This document shows positions 59,294-64,000 of a DNA stretch of 64,000 nucleotides, in pieces. The position numbers and the translations under genes are program-made. The DNA lies in the NCBI GenBank assembly GCA_034115825.1, contig JAXESU010000001.1:78608-142607 (forward strand). Reading direction: 5' to 3'. The stretch comes from Bacilli bacterium. Lineage in GTDB: Bacteria; Bacillota_I; Bacilli_A; RFN20; UBA1709. The notes beneath the pieces are model-generated. The model had not been told where the DNA came from and did no database searches. It worked only from the letters and a program-made list of their open reading frames with translations. How positions within the stretch are numbered: the first letter of the stretch is position 1; each line of letters opens with the position of its first letter.

Positions 59294-60490
59294 TTAATAA
59301 AAATCTATTTGTTTAGTAGCTTCAAAACTTCTAACTTTTTCAAAAATCCATAAACCTTTATCACTTACTGTCATTTTATAACTATACTTTAGGGAAAAAT
59401 CTCCTTCGAATAAATCGTGATTCTTATTATTCATTTCAAATATATAACCAGTATTTAAGTGGTTTGTTTCATTTCTAGGATCAGCATAAGTATAAGTCCA
59501 TTGGTATATACTTGAATCGATTGAACTTCTTTGTGTAGATAGTGCTGGTTCAGAAGTCGTATATGCTTTATTATATCCATATGATATATTTAGTCCCATG
59601 CTTTTATCTTCACTTGCAGAAATGTTATTTAAACTAAAACCATTAGTAAATGAATACCCTAATGTTAAACCAACATTATATGATGAAGATATTGTAATCA
59701 TTCCTGGTGAATTTTCCGGATAAGCATCTTTAAACTTAGGAATTCCACCTTTTCGAATCGTTTCTTGGTTAATTTCATTAACAGCTTGAAAACTTTGTAC
59801 ATGAAAATATCCCGAATAATTATGCCAATTACCATAAGTACTATCCCCATTATCTTTTGCCATTTTTCCAGGAGTAAAACTTGCTTTTGACTCAACCAAA
59901 TACAAACTACTTGTTTCATTAGCTCTATATTTTTTTACATTATATATTACATCTAAATATCCATAAGGTTTTTTTACTTCTCTTAAAGATCCTGAATACA
60001 AAGGCTCAAATAATTCATTATTGACATCCGCATTAAATCTAGACAATTTCAAAAATGTCTTCTCAATATAAAAATCATGAATAACATTTTTAAAATCATC
60101 AAAAGGAAGCGATTGCGCATTAATAATGTCAACTCTTTTTCCATTAACATTTGAATACATAACTGCGCTATTAAGATCAAAAATATTTTCTCCTAAATTA
60201 TCCTCTAAATAATAATCATATGTTAATACTGTATTTCCTTGATTAATTTGCTCATTAATTTGCTCTTTTTGCAAATTACCATAATTCCCATAAACAACTA
60301 ATCCATTATTTTTATAAAAATAGTTTTTTTCTTCAGTTATTGAAAAATTTTGTGCTACCTGCATTAAAATATTTTTTTCTGCTTTATTTAGTAATAACTC
60401 TTCTTTTTGAATTATATCAAAAGAATTATCAGCAATATTTGCCTGTAAAAAAAGCGATGCAATTAATGAAATGATTAGCATATTTTTCAT
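59294..60490 (-). CDS. secreted leukocidin/alpha-hemolysin-family beta-barrel pore-forming-toxin homologue with N-terminal extension
   Basis: 398 aa with a signal peptide. DAYPENSPGMITISSSYNVGLTLGYSFTNGFSL...GLNISYGYNKAYTTSEPALSTQ parallels the S. aureus Hla stretch DYYPRNS...TLTYGFNGNV...SIGHTLKYVQPDFKT, an amphipathic Gly/Ser-rich stem. Confidence 0.55.
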   Translation of the reverse strand: MKNMLIISLIASLFLQANIADNSFDIIQKEELLLNKAEKNILMQVAQNFSITEEKNYFYKNNGLVVYGNYGNLQKEQINEQINQGNTVLTYDYYLEDNLGENIFDLNSAVMYSNVNGKRVDIINAQSLPFDDFKNVIHDFYIEKTFLKLSRFNADVNNELFEPLYSGSLREVKKPYGYLDVIYNVKKYRANETSSLYLVESKASFTPGKMAKDNGDSTYGNWHNYSGYFHVQSFQAVNEINQETIRKGGIPKFKDAYPENSPGMITISSSYNVGLTLGYSFTNGFSLNNISASEDKSMGLNISYGYNKAYTTSEPALSTQRSSIDSSIYQWTYTYADPRNETNHLNTGYIFEMNNKNHDLFEGDFSLKYSYKMTVSDKGLWIFEKVRSFEATKQIDFY

Positions 60491-60509
60491 ATTATCTCCA
60501 CCTCACTAT

Positions 60510-61055
60510 CTATACTAATAAACTAATAACAACACATAAACAAGAAATAGAGAAAACAAAAACAGAAATAGCCATTTCTCGATTATATTCTCTTCTTAAT
60601 CTACTTACCTTAGATTTTGACAAGTACCCAACAATATCAGTTATATAAATTACAATTCCCGCTATTATCATTAGTGAAGAAATGACAAAATATATAACTA
60701 ATAAAACTTTTTCAAATTGGTCACACTCTGCGTAATTACCATTCTTTATAATTTCAAATAAAATTGCTGCTATTAGCATAAACAATGTCGACATTACATA
60801 ACCAATTCTAAATTTTTTTATTGTTTCATAATTTATTTCTCGATTATTAGTTGAAGTATCTATATTAGAAAATACTTCATTTAAATCTAGATCAATTACT
60901 TCAGAAAGTCTTTTTAACATTACAATATCTGGAGTTGAAGTACCACGTTCCCAACGAGATATCGTCTTATCGGTTACATTTAATTTTTCAGCTAGATCTT
61001 TTTGTGATAAATTTAAACTTTTTCTTTTAGATGCAATTTGTTCACTCAATAACAT
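60510..61055 (-). CDS. XRE-family HTH regulator fused to TM helices
   Basis: KRKSLNLSQKDLAEKLNVTDKTISRWERGTSTPD followed by 3 TM helices. It lies 19 nt upstream of the toxin-like gene and is a paralogue-like match to 49059-49706. Confidence 0.75.
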   Translation of the reverse strand: MLLSEQIASKRKSLNLSQKDLAEKLNVTDKTISRWERGTSTPDIVMLKRLSEVIDLDLNEVFSNIDTSTNNREINYETIKKFRIGYVMSTLFMLIAAILFEIIKNGNYAECDQFEKVLLVIYFVISSLMIIAGIVIYITDIVGYLSKSKVSRLRREYNREMAISVFVFSISCLCVVISLLV

Positions 61056-61303
61056 ATTACTTATCCCCTTTCCTAAATCTCATATTTCCTTTCTAATTTT
61101 ATTGTACTAGAAGAAATATTAAATATCATCAGTAATAACCTAGAATTTCTCTCTTTTTTTGAGAATTATCAATAATTTTATAAAATATTAAAATTGACCA
61201 ACTAGCACTTTTAATTTAATTTTAAAGTAAAGAAAAAGGCACTTATTTTAAATAGATGCTTTACTTTCTCGTTAATTAAATTTCTTTAACAATAATAAAA
61301 TTA

Positions 61304-62344
61304 TTATAATTTAACTATATAATAGGTAGTTTTACCTAAACATTGTTTTTCTAATTTTCCTTCTTCAACCATTTTGGCTATAGCTTTTTCAATAGCGCTA
61401 ATTGATAAACTTGAGCATAATTCAGCAACATCAGATTTAGTAACTTTACCAAGTTTTTGTTTAATTGCACTTTCAACCATCTCATATGCTGATAATTTTT
61501 TAGATATTAATTGTACTCTATTTTCAAAGTCATGACAAGCCATTTCAATAATACTTAGTATATGTTTTATAAAAGGAGTATAATCATTGCTACCTTCATA
61601 CCATCCTCTTTGTGAATCAAACAAAGCATCATAATATAAATCTTTTATATTAAATATTTTATCATCCAACGATATATATTTACCTACATAATATCCTGCT
61701 CTATATAAAAGCAAAGTCATAAGTAGTATCGACATTCTACCATTACCATCATTAAATGGATGAATACACAAAAAATCATGTATAAAAATAGGAATCAAAA
61801 TAAGAGGATCAACATTTTTTCTTTCAATTGCTTTATTATATTCATCACACAAGTTTTGCATTGCTAATGGTGTTTCAAATGGTGAAAGTGGAGTAAAAAT
61901 CGTAAAATGTTTTCCATTTTCATCACTCCCGCTTATATAATTTTGAACATTCTTATATTTACCACTATAATTAACTTCACCATTATACGAATATAAAATT
62001 GAATGAAGTTGCATAATATAATTAGGAGTTAAAGGAATATATTCAAAACTATTATGAATGATTGCTAAAGCATCACGATATCCTGCTATTTCTTTTTCAT
62101 CTCTATTTTTTGGTGTAATTTTCTCGTTTACAAGCTTCTTTAATCGAGCATCAGTTGTTCTAATTCCTTCTATTGCATTACTTGCTTTAGTACTTTGTGT
62201 TTTAGTAATTTCTACTAATCTACTTAATTCATCTTCTTTTTGAGATAGATATAATTCTTGTCTTCCTTTAGCTTCATGAATATTAGCAACCTTAATAAGA
62301 ATCGCATTATTCCGCGTTTTATCTTTTAACTTACCATAATCAAA
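61304..62344 (-). CDS. Fic-family protein (class II with N-terminal inhibitory helix); the full-length frame lacks a canonical start, so possibly a pseudogene
   Basis: Fic motif HPFNDGNGRMSI, where the last Arg of HPFx[DE]GNGRxxR is Ile. The frame stays open upstream of the track Met to 62344: FDYGKLKDKTRNNAILIKVANIHEAKGRQELYLSQ...TKASNAIEGIRTT, which contains the SxxxEG inhibitory motif. It is bounded by a TAG at 62345-62347, with no ATG/GTG/TTG before 62014. Confidence 0.7.
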   Translation of the reverse strand, partial: FDYGKLKDKTRNNAILIKVANIHEAKGRQELYLSQKEDELSRLVEITKTQSTKASNAIEGIRTTDARLKKLVNEKITPKNRDEKEIAGYRDALAIIHNSFEYIPLTPNYIMQLHSILYSYNGEVNYSGKYKNVQNYISGSDENGKHFTIFTPLSPFETPLAMQNLCDEYNKAIERKNVDPLILIPIFIHDFLCIHPFNDGNGRMSILLMTLLLYRAGYYVGKYISLDDKIFNIKDLYYDALFDSQRGWYEGSNDYTPFIKHILSIIEMACHDFENRVQLISKKLSAYEMVESAIKQKLGKVTKSDVAELCSSLSISAIEKAIAKMVEEGKLEKQCLGKTTYYIVKL

Positions 62345-62542
62345 CTATCTCAAATTTAACTACTTTCTCGTAAAATATATAATAAAATGAGAGTAAAATC
62401 AATAAATATAAAATAATTAACATATATTATAATAATAATTTTAAATTATTTTTTGCTGTAATTTACTTTAACAGTTATCTTATAAAGAACAATATAAAGT
62501 ATATAAAAAAAGCCCAATTAAATTGATCTTTTAATAATTTTT

Positions 62543-63256
62543 TTAAGCTTCTACCAATAAAACTTTTTCAATCTCATAATCTAGTTTTTGTTCTATTCTT
62601 CCATTCTTAAAATAAAATGATCCACCATAACTAGTTGGTTCTTCACTTAATGAATTAACCATAAAAACATTATTAGAAACCTTTTGGGCTTGTTTAGCAT
62701 ATTTTTGTTCTTCAATTTTCCATTCATCAATAGTGAAATTTACATAAATAGGCCATAGCAATAAATTATTAGTCTTAAACTTTTCAGGACAAATCCATAA
62801 ATCACCACATAACGCAATTGATAGATTTTGATTCTTATATTCAAAAGTTGTAATTTGTTTTCCTTCTTGGTAATGTTCGTCAGTTATAGAATATTCTTTC
62901 CAATTTTTAGTTATTCTTCTATAATTTGCAACTAATTCACCTTTAACAATAACAGCGTAAGATGAATATAATTTTTCATCTTCAATTTCAATATAACCAA
63001 ATGCAATATCTATATTATATTTAATCGATAGATTTTTGATTATTTGTATAGTTATAGAATCCTTTGATACCGCGATTTCTTTATCTTTTTCATACTCCCA
63101 AGTTAAAGAATCAAAACCTTGTAAAAAGGTTTCTCCAAAACATAGTAAATCGATTTTACCATTACATTCATTAATAGCTTTTTCTATTTGACTAATATTA
63201 TATTGTATATCATTATTTATAAATTTATATGATGCTAATCCAATTATCATAAACAT
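62543..63256 (-). CDS. carbon-nitrogen hydrolase (nitrilase superfamily) family protein
   Basis: 237 aa. LLCFGETFLQGF carries the catalytic Glu region, ...YRRITKNW... the Lys, and ...IALCGDLW the Cys. Confidence 0.7.
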   Translation of the reverse strand: MFMIIGLASYKFINNDIQYNISQIEKAINECNGKIDLLCFGETFLQGFDSLTWEYEKDKEIAVSKDSITIQIIKNLSIKYNIDIAFGYIEIEDEKLYSSYAVIVKGELVANYRRITKNWKEYSITDEHYQEGKQITTFEYKNQNLSIALCGDLWICPEKFKTNNLLLWPIYVNFTIDEWKIEEQKYAKQAQKVSNNVFMVNSLSEEPTSYGGSFYFKNGRIEQKLDYEIEKVLLVEA

Positions 63257-63712
63257 TACCTCTTTTAATATAAGATTTTATATTTTTTATTTTGATTGAT
63301 TTTATCAAAAAATATTTTCTTCGTATTTAATGTATTTTTACTAATAAAGTCAAATATATTACATTTTTGAAATAATATAGACGTTTATAATATAGATAAA
63401 TAATATTTGTATTTAGTTTCACTGATTTTGATTAAGGAATTTTAAGCATAACCATGCGCTTACCTTGACATTTTCATTCAATAACCTCAAAAACTATACT
63501 AGGTTTTAAATTTCTTGCTAAGTAGTGCTTATATGGTTCATGATCAATATCTTTATCTAAATTAATTGAAGTTATAACTATATCTTAATAGTTAACTAAA
63601 TAATAATATTTAATTTATTTGCATCTAGCAATTTATTCATTTAAAATCCTTTATCTATCTACATCATCATTTAAATATATACATCAAAAATCATATAAAT
63701 GATATAGATAAA

Positions 63713-64000
63713 TTATTCTTTTACATACTTAGTTGTTGGTCCAGAACCAATTTTACGAATATAATTACTTTTTAATAATTCATTAAGTGTTCTTTCAATT
63801 GTTATTTTGGATATATTTGGGAAAAAATTAATTATGTCTTTTTTATTAAAAGATCCAATATGCTCATCAATATATTTTTTTATTTTTTCAGATTTATTTA
63901 TTTTTTTATCAGCCAAATATTCTACTCTATTTTCAAACTCATTATATGACTTAATCAATATGCTTAAGAAATATTCAACGAAAAATGAATAATTAGAATT
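63713..64000 (-). CDS. second Fic-family protein, C-terminal part (5' end beyond window end)
   Basis: The frame is open to the window edge: NSNYSFFVEYFLSILIKSYNEFENRVEYL... This parallels SNDYTPFIKHILSIIEMACHDFENRVQLI... of the 61304-62344 Fic protein. It ends in a winged-helix-like ...ITIERTLNELLKSNYIRKIGSGPTTKY. Confidence 0.6.
   Translation of the reverse strand, partial: NSNYSFFVEYFLSILIKSYNEFENRVEYLADKKINKSEKIKKYIDEHIGSFNKKDIINFFPNISKITIERTLNELLKSNYIRKIGSGPTTKYVKE

Noticed and set aside
63440-63600. Possible gene remnant on the minus strand (...INLDKDIDHEPYKHYLARNLKPSIVFEVIE-stop)
   Set aside because: It is a short open stretch with no start, RBS or recognisable motif, and it cannot be distinguished from chance.
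1-64000. Alternative genetic code (UGA=Trp), considered because of the extreme AT-richness
   Set aside because: tRNA-Trp carries anticodon CCA. ORFs of up to 891 codons are uninterrupted under the standard code. TGA terminates several well-delimited genes (for example 18488, 22051, 40726 and 56176). Code 11 fits.
1-64000. CRISPR arrays, rRNA genes, IS elements or transposases
   Set aside because: I saw no regularly spaced direct repeats, no rRNA-like sequence and no transposase-like ORF. The only recombinase is the small serine recombinase at 20286-20882.

Overview
Very AT-rich, low-GC Firmicutes-type chromosomal segment (Erysipelotrichia- or Clostridia-like gene content). It uses the standard genetic code: tRNA-Trp has a CCA anticodon and TGA serves as a stop. 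Most genes lie on the minus strand. The backbone is housekeeping and transport: a P1B metal ATPase fragment, yaaA, feoA-feoA-feoB, an M18 aminopeptidase, a heterodimeric ABC exporter with a divergent TetR, a CaCA antiporter, a UDPGP-type uridylyltransferase, an ogt-tag-DUF1848 repair cluster, an ABC-F ATPase, an ACP, proS, mgtE, a GT28 glycosyltransferase plus glf, gpmI, MATE/MFS/MATE efflux genes, an ArsR module, fetAB, mgtA, and two tRNAs (Trp-CCA, Ser-CGA). Several accessory patches interrupt this backbone. (1) 17.2-22.8 kb holds a two-methyltransferase plus HNH-endonuclease R-M operon, a divergent serine recombinase, and two decayed genes. (2) 25.3-28.0 kb holds a translationally coupled five-gene operon of membrane/secreted ORFans headed by a small HTH protein. 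(3) 33.8-35.0 kb holds an ABC-type ATPase with a C-terminal HEPN-like Rx4H motif, next to tRNA-Ser. (4) 56-64 kb holds a PD-(D/E)XK protein next to an Mrr-like::SIR2 fusion, an XRE-TM regulator with a leukocidin-family pore-forming-toxin homologue, two Fic genes and a C-N hydrolase. The Mrr::SIR2 plus PD-(D/E)XK pair is my best candidate for an undescribed defence system. Both Mg2+ transporter genes carry long structured leaders that share sequence motifs but lack the canonical M-box core. All protein-family calls come from reading the translations and recalling motifs; no database search was possible.
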